NCBI GenBank assembly: GCA_964389655.1
Contig: CAYMED010000021.1
Span: 1 to 30,118 of the forward strand
Source: an uncultured Candidatus Poseidoniales archaeon
GTDB lineage: Archaea > Thermoplasmatota > Poseidoniia > Poseidoniales > CAYMED01
Direction: 5' to 3'
Length of the DNA stretch: 30,118 nt
The position numbers and the translations under genes are program-made. Under the pieces are notes generated by a model. It ran no database searches. It worked only from the letters and a program-made list of their open reading frames with translations, and was not told where the DNA came from. Below, piece after piece: positions 18,532 through 28,900 of this stretch (its first letter is position 1; each line of letters begins with the position of its first letter).

Positions 18532-19293
18532 TTATTCTTCTGAAAGTCGGAAATCCATTCCCTCAAAAGGAAGCGGTTCACGAAGAAATGATTTTTCCAT
18601 TAAGTCAAACATTTGGGTGAAACTCCGACAGGTAATCAAGGATTGACGATCAAGAACATCAAGTCGGCTCGAGATTGCGATTTCCCATAATGCTTGAATT
18701 CCATCTGCTGCATCCGGAGTACGGATCGCTTCTGCAAGCGCATGCTCATTGACATCAAGGCCCAAGCGCCGAGCGAAATCTGCAACCCAATCCCTCCAAC
18801 GAATAACCAAGTTCGACCATCGGCTCATTGGCCATTCATCCTCTGGATCGGAGATCCATGAGATATTTCCGCGAATGTATAAACGGTCTTCACCCTCTTT
18901 AGAAGAACCCTCCATCAGTTCTTCCACTGATGGAAATACATCCATTCCAAGCAACTCAAATGCTTCAATAAAAGGGTCTATGGTTGAGGATATTTCAAAG
19001 CGAGTGCCGCCAATCACATGCACAATGAGGTTCGTGCTGATGTCGTCAAATTCCTCGATAACCGCCGTACATCCTGTACGTCGGGGGGCTGACCATCCAC
19101 AAATCCTCTCGCGCGGGTTTTCAAGGCACACGCCAAAGGGGTGGTCATTCATCAGGCAGTCATCGATCATTTGCTTGTATCGCGGCTCAAAAATGCGCAG
19201 AGTGAGTGGCTCACCCGGCAGTAACACAAGGGGAAGGGGAAATATTGGGATTTCCACATCTGATTCCAAATGCGGACTTATCTCAGACTCCAT
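18532..19293 (-). CDS. Lon protease N-terminal (substrate-binding) domain protein, without AAA+ or protease domain
   Basis: IPIFPLPLVLLPGEPLTLRIFEPRYKQMIDDCL…FGV…GCTA…G..RF. Start at 19293 (MESEI) is preferred to 19320 from promoter spacing. Confidence 0.85.
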   Translation of the reverse strand: MESEISPHLESDVEIPIFPLPLVLLPGEPLTLRIFEPRYKQMIDDCLMNDHPFGVCLENPRERICGWSAPRRTGCTAVIEEFDDISTNLIVHVIGGTRFEISSTIDPFIEAFELLGMDVFPSVEELMEGSSKEGEDRLYIRGNISWISDPEDEWPMSRWSNLVIRWRDWVADFARRLGLDVNEHALAEAIRTPDAADGIQALWEIAISSRLDVLDRQSLITCRSFTQMFDLMEKSFLREPLPFEGMDFRLSEE

Positions 19294-19370
19294 CAAACAC
19301 ACGAAAGGGCAGTCACACATCAGAACTGCGATGGGGACAAATTGAAGTCCTATGTTTACAATAGCCTCAC

Positions 19371-19700
19371 ATGGCGAAGTTTCCTTGGAAGAAGATTAAG
19401 GCCGCTGCCGAGGCCGAAGAAGAGCCAAAAGAATACGCGAGGGGGGAAGATAAGGCGGCAAATACACTCTCAGATCGCTCACATATCGAAGATAACACAT
19501 TCAAATCAGCTATGGCATCACTGGGTTTCAGCACAGAGGTTTCAAGACCAGAGTCGCCGGCTGAAATGAGTACAGGACCAGATCCATCAACTATGATCCA
19601 AAACACAGACGGTTACTGGTATCATAGGAAGCCGGATGGGTCCTATGATCCAAGACCATGGATCAGAAATCAAGATGGTTCGTTTCAGCCATATCAGTGA
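19371..19700 (+). CDS. Hypothetical 109-aa protein with C-terminal DG-aromatic repeats
   Basis: ORF fills the gap and has TTGAAG 23 nt upstream. C-terminus is NTDGYW…KPDGSY…NQDGSF. Confidence 0.7.
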   Translation: MAKFPWKKIKAAAEAEEEPKEYARGEDKAANTLSDRSHIEDNTFKSAMASLGFSTEVSRPESPAEMSTGPDPSTMIQNTDGYWYHRKPDGSYDPRPWIRNQDGSFQPYQ

Positions 19701-19725
19701 CTGGCACTTCGATGCCGGTTTAGTT
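19700..19725 (+). terminator. Possible hairpin terminator or processing stem
   Basis: ACTGGCA-CTTCGA-TGCCGGT (7-bp stem with one G-U) directly at the stop codon, followed by TTAGTT. Confidence 0.3.
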
Positions 19726-19770
19726 GGGAAAGTTCATTCAGTACATGATCGTGCTTGGTGGTGACTGTTC

Positions 19771-22700
19771 ATGGATGTAGTAACCGAAAACCTAGATGAG
19801 GTGGCTAATAATCAGCCCCGTTCTTTGCTCAAAATAGCTATTGAAGCCACCAATGAGCGATCAGAACAGACACCACCCTCATTTCTTCGGAAAGCACTTC
19901 TTGAATCTGCTGAGGCCGAACCTACACCGAGTTATGAGCCTGGAATTCGAGCACTCAATCCTGCTGGGCAGGATGCCCTTAATCCTGCTGAATTGCTTGG
20001 TCAGGCTTGGGCGCTCATTGGAACTCTGGTCAGCATGTGGGTTGCTATTGTCTTGCTTGCCATCTCTCAAGATGGGGGATGGCAATTACTTGCGATTGCA
20101 GGTGGTGCATTCGGTTCTGCAGCAGTCCTCATCGCAGTTGTAGAATGGCAAAGAAGGAAGTTTGGCGGATTAGTACCTATGCATGATTGGCTACTTGGGA
20201 CCTCAATCATCATGGGTTTTCTGGCACTGATGTGGTCCATACGCGCTGTTTGGGGATTAGTTGGGGATGATTGGGGTATAAATGGCGTTCCAAACCTTAT
20301 GATGATTCCCGCTCAAGCAAGTGTGGCAATTATTTTTGCGATTCTCGGGGCGAGAGCACTCAAGTCAATCGAAGCGGGCACAACAGCATGGTTTTCCCTA
20401 GCAATGACGCCCTATGCCCTTGCTGCAGTGGGAAGTTGGCGGTGGACATTATGGACGCCAGATGGATTTACTCTCGAAATGGGTGTCTCGATCATCGCGC
20501 TATGTATTATCGGCATGTGGATTGGTATTCGCTCAAATCGCTGGTTCATTTTCCTCACATCAGCAGTTGCAGCATCACTTATTCCCCTAATGTACGAGTT
20601 CACGTTTGATTGGGATCGTTCAGGAAACAATTTCACGCCCGGAGAAGGAATGATTCTTTTTCTTCCAATTCTTCTTGCCGAAGGCTGGTTTGCTGCGAGT
20701 CCAAGATTGCGGCAAGACCTTGTTCAACGCGCATCAGTGGTATTGGTTGGATTTGTGGTAATCTACCAGTTAATTGCCCTAGACGACCGCCAACTTGTGT
20801 TTGCAGGAATGAAACTTGGGTCGAATTCTAGTTGGTTATCGCTTCCAATTGTGCTTTGGATGAGTATGCTGCTTGCATACTTGCCAGCAACTCTTGATCA
20901 CCGCACGCCTTGGATGCCAATCGGGGTTGCATTTGCTGCCGGATTCATCCCAGATCCATCAAGTAGGGTGGTATGGCCTGTCGCTCTTGCAGCCCTTGCA
21001 TATCTGATTGCTAACGAAAAAACGAGAAGATGGGTCGCCAATTCAGCATATATCGCTCTAGCAATTGCCTTTCTGATTGCTGATTGGTTAGGAGTGATCA
21101 CAGGAACTGTTGGACTAGATCCTACACAAGAATTTGCGATTGGTGGGTTTGGTCTTGCAATTATACCTGCAATTGCAATCCTCATGATTGGTGAAATTGG
21201 AATTCGAACCGGGAAACTCGAAGAAAATGCATTTCGAGTGGGTCAACTGGCAATTGTCCTATCAAATGCGGTGATTTGGGGGACCCCTGGGGTTGAACAA
21301 GCCATCTTCGCAATCTATGTCGTTGGTTCCATGATTGCATCTCAAAATCGATTCCTAGCTCTAGATGAAAAGACGTTAGTCGATAGATTACGCCTAACAA
21401 CGACGATGGCAGTCGCTTCTGCAATCCTTGTTGTTCTTGCCTTCACGAGAAGACTGGGGTTGGATGGAGTACTATTGGATTTAGGAATTGCAAATGCATC
21501 AGAATTTCAGTCATCAATCCCATTAGGCATTCGACCAGATCTCGTCGCTTTATCCATCGTCCTCTATGGCATCGGCCAACGTACCGCGAGTCACGTCCTC
21601 GATATTGGTCATCTTATTTCTAAGACACAACAACATGCACGTCCGAATATCATTTGGTCACCTGAACAACGTGTATGGATACGTACCGACCCGGCTGAGA
21701 AAACTGATGATTGGGTAGAAAAAGGCTGGGGACCCATGGCAAGGCCCACACTTATTGGAACCATGGGCTTGCTTGCTGCTTCCCTCACAATCGCTCTAGA
21801 ACACAGCCCTAGCCAAGCTTGGATGTTGCTCGCACCAATCAATGCACTCCTCGTGTTTGAAGTGAGCAGGGAGGGAAGAATGACAAGCCTTTCACGTGCT
21901 GTTGCAGTTTGGGTGCTTTTTGCTGTAGCATTTTGGCCAGCAATCGCATTTGATAGCCTCACGGCCCACGATGACCTAATCTCCCGAATTGGATTTGATC
22001 TGATCATATTGTCTGGTCCACTAGTTGCATTCGCATTAATGCGTAGAAAAGGAGTGGAAACTGATTCAATATCCCATGGAGCAGTGACAGTAGGAGGGCT
22101 TGCGCTGCTAAGCATGCTCGATGCAAGTGGGGGTTTGCTAAGTTGGACTTGTTTAGCACTTGCAATGTGGGGTGCACTACGCATCGACTTGCCGTGGTTA
22201 CTGCATGCGGTGCCTATTGGATGGATTTTCCTAACCGCCCTTAATGGGACTGGAAATGATCCACTTATCCAAGTAATTTCCAATCTTGGAATGGTGCACC
22301 TTGCTGAACATGCGCCCTCATGGATGTTCGGAGTCGGCATGCATCGCATCACTGGAATTGCGGTTATCGCTAGTGGGATCGCAATGGTCGCACCCCACCA
22401 GGCTCTTCGGCCAAGGCAAGATGGTGAAAAGGGCGATGAACTCCATTTAGAGCGCGTGCCAGGACAATTGATTGGGCCAGTTGCCTTGATTGGATTTGGA
22501 GTTGATTTATTTCTCCCTTCATCAACTGGACTCGCTTTTGGCCTTGTCATATTGGGAACGATATTATCGATCTATCGTGGGGAAAAGATACCCCTTCTTT
22601 TTGCAGCACCATTGGGGTTTATTGCATTCATCGAACTTGCAAATGCCGCGTGGGGAAACATTTCTGACGACCAATTCATCTCAACACTGTTTGCTGCATG

Positions 22701-23796
22701 CGGCGTCTTGGGTTTTGGAATCCACTACGCAGCATCGCATCAGTTGCAAGGATTGGCAAATCTAGAGGATTCAGACAGGATGAAACTCACAAATTGGAAT
22801 TTGTTCTTTGGACTTATTGGATTGACCTTCTCAGGCTCGGTGTTTTGGGGCATCGGTACACTGATTGCTGCTGCTTGGGCTACGAAATGGGTATTGGACA
22901 ACAATCACCGTGATTTGGCCACAATACTCCCATTATTCCATGCTTTTTCACTTGCAAATTCTCTGACTTTGATGACTCAAAATTTGGATGTTGAATTCTT
23001 AACCATCGCTGGATGGATTCTTCTGCTTGAGGGACTCATATTCGCGATTTGGGGGTCAATACGCCCCCTCCATGAGATAAGTATGCAGATCAATGATGCT
23101 AGAGATGAACTCATGAAAAGATTTACTTTTGCAGGGTTTGGGTGGGGTGTTTTTGGTTCATTCCTATTAAGCGCACAATTTGACTCAGGGACACCCTTTG
23201 GACTCACAGTTGTTACACTCGGTTACCTGAATGCTTGGTATGGTGCTCAACGCGATGAAGCATGGAGGCGTGCTGCAAATCTTATTGGTACTCCAATTGG
23301 GATTTTTGCCCTCCTATCCGATGCACCAAACCTAATTATTGCTGCATTGATTGTCATCTTAGGTGCAATGAACTTTCTCTTCTCATTTGTCCTCTATAGT
23401 TCGATGTCCGGAAGGGGATTTCAGCCACTTCATGAGGCGAGCGTTTCTGACAACATCACGACAGAATCTCTGAAAGAAGAAAGCCCCATTGACATACCCG
23501 AACCAGTTACGTATGAAGATGAGTATGTAGATCCTGACATAGGCCTTGGAGGTGTTCATTCAGACGCGGGGCATGTGCCTGATCTAGGGGATCAAGACCC
23601 TGTCAAAGAGGAGATTGGATTGCTTGAGAGTGCTGCAATAAAAACTGATTTCGGTTTCGATATGGTTTTACCATCAGCAGTGCTTGAGCAAGTCGAACAA
23701 GTAACTACAAATCTAGCCAAACCGGGTTGGAAGCCGGTTGTCCGACTGCAAATTGATGGGTCAATTGTCATCGATTGGGTAAAATCACCCGTGTGA
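19771..23796 (+). CDS. Very large polytopic membrane protein of unknown function
   Basis: 1341 aa of nearly continuous hydrophobic helices (over 30 by eye), then an acidic linker and a small C-terminal soluble domain. SD-like GGTGGTGA precedes the ATG. Confidence 0.8.
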   Translation: MDVVTENLDEVANNQPRSLLKIAIEATNERSEQTPPSFLRKALLESAEAEPTPSYEPGIRALNPAGQDALNPAELLGQAWALIGTLVSMWVAIVLLAISQDGGWQLLAIAGGAFGSAAVLIAVVEWQRRKFGGLVPMHDWLLGTSIIMGFLALMWSIRAVWGLVGDDWGINGVPNLMMIPAQASVAIIFAILGARALKSIEAGTTAWFSLAMTPYALAAVGSWRWTLWTPDGFTLEMGVSIIALCIIGMWIGIRSNRWFIFLTSAVAASLIPLMYEFTFDWDRSGNNFTPGEGMILFLPILLAEGWFAASPRLRQDLVQRASVVLVGFVVIYQLIALDDRQLVFAGMKLGSNSSWLSLPIVLWMSMLLAYLPATLDHRTPWMPIGVAFAAGFIPDPSSRVVWPVALAALAYLIANEKTRRWVANSAYIALAIAFLIADWLGVITGTVGLDPTQEFAIGGFGLAIIPAIAILMIGEIGIRTGKLEENAFRVGQLAIVLSNAVIWGTPGVEQAIFAIYVVGSMIASQNRFLALDEKTLVDRLRLTTTMAVASAILVVLAFTRRLGLDGVLLDLGIANASEFQSSIPLGIRPDLVALSIVLYGIGQRTASHVLDIGHLISKTQQHARPNIIWSPEQRVWIRTDPAEKTDDWVEKGWGPMARPTLIGTMGLLAASLTIALEHSPSQAWMLLAPINALLVFEVSREGRMTSLSRAVAVWVLFAVAFWPAIAFDSLTAHDDLISRIGFDLIILSGPLVAFALMRRKGVETDSISHGAVTVGGLALLSMLDASGGLLSWTCLALAMWGALRIDLPWLLHAVPIGWIFLTALNGTGNDPLIQVISNLGMVHLAEHAPSWMFGVGMHRITGIAVIASGIAMVAPHQALRPRQDGEKGDELHLERVPGQLIGPVALIGFGVDLFLPSSTGLAFGLVILGTILSIYRGEKIPLLFAAPLGFIAFIELANAAWGNISDDQFISTLFAACGVLGFGIHYAASHQLQGLANLEDSDRMKLTNWNLFFGLIGLTFSGSVFWGIGTLIAAAWATKWVLDNNHRDLATILPLFHAFSLANSLTLMTQNLDVEFLTIAGWILLLEGLIFAIWGSIRPLHEISMQINDARDELMKRFTFAGFGWGVFGSFLLSAQFDSGTPFGLTVVTLGYLNAWYGAQRDEAWRRAANLIGTPIGIFALLSDAPNLIIAALIVILGAMNFLFSFVLYSSMSGRGFQPLHEASVSDNITTESLKEESPIDIPEPVTYEDEYVDPDIGLGGVHSDAGHVPDLGDQDPVKEEIGLLESAAIKTDFGFDMVLPSAVLEQVEQVTTNLAKPGWKPVVRLQIDGSIVIDWVKSPV

Positions 23797-23853
23797 CAAT
23801 TGGGCGACAGCGTTTCAAAGGTCCGAGGGGGACGCTCCACTTGAGGGAGAGTT

Positions 23854-25848
23854 TTGATCCGCAGGGCGATGATTGTTCTTGCAGCAATGATGATGGTCGT
23901 TTTTGCATCCTTGCCCGGGGCTAGCGCTAAAGCCGACCTAGACACAAGTCTCCAAAACGATGATGCATGGTGGCAAGAGACTACATTAGATCGAAATCAA
24001 AATCAGATTCATGATATGATCGAGCGCGGACTTAGTGAAGCACCATATCGCTGGATTGACGAAAGGGGAAGGGTTGGAGTTATCGTCTCATTTGATCACG
24101 AAATCAGCAACACAGACCAATATCTGCTCGAATCTGAAACCAATTTTGAAACTGGATTCCAACTCTCTGCAATACAAGCAATCACAGGAACCCTCCCCGC
24201 AACATCCATCCATGAATTGCTCGATCTACCCGGTGTTGTTTTTGTTGAACTCGAAGGGGAATTGTCTGTATCCATGGAAGAAGTCAAGGACGCACATGAC
24301 GTTACGACTGTCTGGGAAGAAACAGGATACACGGGTGCAGGGTCCGTTGTAGCCGTGATTGACACGGGAATCGATAGTTCACATATTGCGCTCGATGATT
24401 TGGATGATGACAATGCCACAAATGATCCAAAAGTTATCGCATTTTATGACGCAATTAATGCACCTGACAAAGTCAATGGTACCGATGTTGTGGCCTATGA
24501 TGATCAGGGACACGGAAGTCATTGTGCGGGAATCACCGCAGGGACAGGAGCCCCTGACAAGCAATATGTCGGTGTGGCGCCACAAGCACAGCTTGTGGGG
24601 GTAAAGGTACTCGATGCAGAAGGGTCTGGTTCTTTCGGGGTGGTCATGGCAGGGATGCAATGGACTGTTGACCATCGACATGAATTCAACATCCGTGTTG
24701 CAACAATGAGTCTTGGGGGCCTAGGTGCGAGTGAATGGACGTCATCCGAAGAAGATAGTGTGAATCGGATGGCAAACGAGATGGTTCGTTCTGGAATCGC
24801 TCTTTTCATCGCTGCTGGAAATAGTTTTGTCAATGCCCAAATAGGAACACCAGGGTCTGCTGAAGATGTCATCACAGTCGGGGCCTTAGACAAAGACACA
24901 TCAATTGCAATCTACAGCAGTAAAGGGCCAACTGAAGAAGGAAGAATCAAGCCAAATATCGCATTTGTGGGCTCTAGTGTCATGTCTGTCGAGGCAAATT
25001 CTGGCGATGGATATACAGACATGAGTGGGACAAGTATGGCCACACCAGGTGCTGCTGGAGTTGCTGCGCTGATGTATCAAGCAAATCCTGATATTTCGCC
25101 GTTTGATATACGCAATATCATGCAAGAAAGGGCCGAGTACAGGCCTTGCCATTACATGGGGAGTTATCCCCCGTGCCCTGAAGATCTAGTTCCGAAAAAC
25201 CGCCAGAATAATGTGTATGGGCATGGACATGTTTGGGCGCCCCCCTCTGTAATTGAAGCGGCTAACCAAACATACAACCTCAACACAGACATTGGAGTCA
25301 ACCTGACTTCCGCCCGGGGTGCAGACAACAAAGTCCACATTGGGCCAGGTGATGACGTGGCCTTCAGAATTGATGGGAGTGCTGATGAAGTGCAGTGGCG
25401 CACTTGGGATATGCGAGACACATGGATGGACATTACAGAACATGATCCTGATGATTCTGAAGTTATCGTATCTCATGCCATGCTGCTTGACAGGCTGCAA
25501 GAACTCCCCGGTGTTGAGATCGAAGGCAACCATACCATCATGGTGCGCTCAATTTCAGGAGATGGAGCGTCCCCAAACACTGTCGTTCCTCTTTCGATCA
25601 CGGGGAAGACCCCCATTACACTAGAATCCCTCGCAGCCAGCGCAGTTGGGTGGTTGGTGCCTGCTGCCCTAGGGGCATTCATTGGTGGAATCATTGTCAT
25701 CACACTCATGACGCAAGGCGTAATCAAACCAAAAGAACATGAATCACTTATTGCAGAACTGGTTGATTCTGAATCTTCAAAGCATTCACCCCATGAAGAT
25801 CGCGAAGACGGGGTGAATGATGATGATGCTTGCTGCCCTGGTCATTAA
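23854..25848 (+). CDS. Secreted, C-terminally membrane-anchored S8 (subtilisin-like) serine peptidase
   Basis: Signal peptide, propeptide, catalytic triad VAVIDTGID / HGSHCAG / GTSMATP, oxyanion AAGN, C-terminal TM helix. SD-like GAGGGAG at 23843-23849 before the TTG. Confidence 0.93.
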   Translation: MIRRAMIVLAAMMMVVFASLPGASAKADLDTSLQNDDAWWQETTLDRNQNQIHDMIERGLSEAPYRWIDERGRVGVIVSFDHEISNTDQYLLESETNFETGFQLSAIQAITGTLPATSIHELLDLPGVVFVELEGELSVSMEEVKDAHDVTTVWEETGYTGAGSVVAVIDTGIDSSHIALDDLDDDNATNDPKVIAFYDAINAPDKVNGTDVVAYDDQGHGSHCAGITAGTGAPDKQYVGVAPQAQLVGVKVLDAEGSGSFGVVMAGMQWTVDHRHEFNIRVATMSLGGLGASEWTSSEEDSVNRMANEMVRSGIALFIAAGNSFVNAQIGTPGSAEDVITVGALDKDTSIAIYSSKGPTEEGRIKPNIAFVGSSVMSVEANSGDGYTDMSGTSMATPGAAGVAALMYQANPDISPFDIRNIMQERAEYRPCHYMGSYPPCPEDLVPKNRQNNVYGHGHVWAPPSVIEAANQTYNLNTDIGVNLTSARGADNKVHIGPGDDVAFRIDGSADEVQWRTWDMRDTWMDITEHDPDDSEVIVSHAMLLDRLQELPGVEIEGNHTIMVRSISGDGASPNTVVPLSITGKTPITLESLAASAVGWLVPAALGAFIGGIIVITLMTQGVIKPKEHESLIAELVDSESSKHSPHEDREDGVNDDDACCPGH

Positions 25849-25941
25849 ATCTCAGAAATGGTTTTTTCTGGCGAAAATCAAAGATTAGTACATAATATTG
25901 GTAGCCGATTCTTTGAAGTAGGAAAGGGAAGCGCATCGGAG

Positions 25942-28900
25942 ATGATGCGCAATCCTGATGCTGTATCGAAAAGCCGCCCGCTGATGATCGCCCTTCTGTT
26001 TATGCTCAGCGCCATGGCTCCAATTGCCACGGCTGGTGGGACTTCAGCCTCAGGAGCCACAACGAGTGGTTATTTCTATGAGGACTATATGACTGGAAAT
26101 ACCACATACAGCATTGGAATTCAAAATTTGACGAACAATACTGATTATACGATTTTTGTGAGCACCTACAATGGATCAACAACGCCAGTCATCAACACCA
26201 CAACGTCGGTGGTGAGAACTACTTGCAGTTCTTGTTCATCACTATACGAAACGATTGATATTGGATATATACCATTTTGGACAGGGGTAAGCGTTAGTGT
26301 TGATGTGCACCAATCTAGTTCCGCTTCGATGGCCAACACATCAAATTGGGTTACTGGTTGGAATGATTGGCATTACCGCACTCCACCATCACCCCAAATC
26401 AATGCATACGAGAACACGTACATGAAGCCGTACACACTGGATATATCAGTGTGGAATCTAACCAGCGAGGGGTCTTACTGGGGTTCGTGGAATACAACTG
26501 ACGACAAGGGTACACATGTGGATTGGGGGGCGTTTAATTTTAGCAACACTACGCAATTCGCAGAATATGTTAATCTCACAGGCACATATGTTCCTGGAAA
26601 TTATTCATACAGCGTGAAACTTGATGCCGATTATGATGGAGATGGGAAGTCAGATGAGACGGTGTATCATTCTAACACGTTTGAGATTTTCAAGAAGATA
26701 GCCCATGTGATGGGTGATTTCGGAGATTATAATTCGTCAACTAAGACGTATCCTTTCACAATTGATATCATGAATGCTGATTTCGAGAAAAATTTCACAC
26801 TTGAATGGAAACTCATAGATGAGAGGATGATCGAGTACGGAGACGACCCCGCTGATGCTGAAGTCGCCACAGGTCAAGAATCTCATGTGGGCGACACTAC
26901 AACAATGGGCCTTGCATACGACTACGATATCAACGCCAGTGTGAATTACTGGGTAAACAATGTAGAATTCATTGATCTCTACCTTTATCCCGGTCAATTC
27001 CATCTTAGTTGGCAAATGTTGGATGATTCAGGCACAGTTACTGAATCAGGACATGAATGGCCATCGGTTGGTGGATCAACGGTTCATGTTGAGGCGTGGC
27101 CCACAGATATGGCCGCTGGTGCTACCGGTGGCAGCACGAGCCAAGTTAATATGAGCAACTGGAGCGCATCTGTCTCTTTGGAGCCAGATTATGTATGGAA
27201 TACTAGCAATATGACACAAAACACCACCCTCCAATATGATGAATATCGGGTTTGGACCAACGTTACCGCAGAAAATGGAACGCAACTCTATGCTTGGACA
27301 TACGATTGGAATACAACTGGTGTGGGAAATGCAACAAACCCCACACCATGGAGAATTCAAGTTGGTAATGGATTCGACTTGATAGACATTGAAGAAGGTG
27401 AAGAATACATCATCACGAGTGAAATGCAAAAAATGTGCGGTCTTGGGAATTGGTGGGGCAACCCAGCATGTGAATGGACCTGGGACGTGGAGAGAGTTTG
27501 GAATCACGAACCCCATGTTGACGACCGAGAATTTGGGAACGCAACGATGGAAGGAACCATTACCCTTCCCACCACAGCATATGGCTGTGATGATTTTGGG
27601 ATCGGCATCGCAAAGAAAGAAGTCAGGATGGATGATGATGGCAATACCTACGACCATTGGGAGTACAGCTATGGCAACGGATCTGCTGACCGAAATTACA
27701 GTTTCAGTGATTTACCTGAAGGCGACTTCCAAGTAACTGCATACACACGGTGTGATCACTCAGATGGAAATTCTGAAGAAATGTGGGGCATTCATTACAG
27801 CAATGGTATTGGAGACCATATGAATTGGAGCAGTGTTACATTGGTTAATGACACTGTTGTTAGTGGAATCGACATTACCTTGGTTCATACAGGTCGGCTT
27901 TATGGGGATGCAATTGTCGAGGGGTCATTCACTGTGGATGACATGATGTATAATTCATCAACGTGTGAGAACTTTGAGATCACAATGTGGGCTCTTTCAG
28001 ATTGGGATGAGATGGAAGGACGACCATATCGTGATGTTAGACCCGCATTCGGCATGCACTGGGGGAATCATGATGAGGACTACCATGGCAGTGATTTCTC
28101 AGAGGAAATGAACGTAACAGATGTTTGGTGGGATTACAGGGTTGAAGATGCTCCTGCTGGAAACTGGGTCATAACTGGTGCTGCAGAGTGTAATGATTGG
28201 AATAATGATCATCGGCGAGTTATTGGAGATGGATATTATTGGAACGTTACTCTTGAACACGACATTACCCTGATTGACGTGGATTTCCACCTAAACGTCA
28301 CCGAAAAGCACGGACACCCTGATGCCACCCTAGATGTGGATGATTACTTCACAACGGATATTGAATACGAGGGCTGGCTTGACAGTTGGGGAGAATACAA
28401 CAGTACGCTATACCATGTGGAACTTGCCCTTGAAATGATTGTTTCATTAGACCCGAGCATTCGTGGAGATTACGATAATGAAACGGGAGCAGATGGCTAT
28501 GTCAACCACACAGATACATGGGAAATGGGGCACATATTCGGATTCTACGGCATGAGCTGGGAGGATGAAGAAGATCGGAATGACGAAATCGCCGTCACAT
28601 TATCTGTAGATGGAATTGTTTACGATGGCTGGATGCGATTCGAAGGAGACTGGATTGAGAATCTAGAAGGAGATGTTTTGAACACATCCAATCCAGAATT
28701 CCGTTCAGCAATTCGGATTGACTTCAAAAATGTCAGCCTTGCCGATGATGATAATATCACAATTCTTTTGGGAGGTTTAGAGTTTGAAAATAGTGGAGAC
28801 TTCACGATTTCATCCGGAGGAGATTGGACATTGAATGACGGCCAAGTGGACTACCCAACTGGACTCACCACCTTTATGAACGTCAAAGACGATATCTGTT

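Noticed and set aside
19294-19320. Cys-rich N-terminus MCDCPFVCL as a metal site on the Lon-N protein
   Set aside because: It probably lies upstream of the true start (19293), in promoter sequence.
21609-22550. 313-aa antisense ORF, and other shadow ORFs such as 117-521, 3629-4159, 18749-19345 and 27076-27657
   Set aside because: They lie largely or entirely within well-supported genes on the opposite strand or another frame and show no recognisable motifs.
25846-25941. Read-through fusion of the subtilisin and giant protein (same frame, single TAA, extra ATG at 25858)
   Set aside because: The protease already ends in a TM anchor and tail, and the downstream gene has its own TATA-like element and signal peptide from 25942. 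The open spacer is most simply chance.
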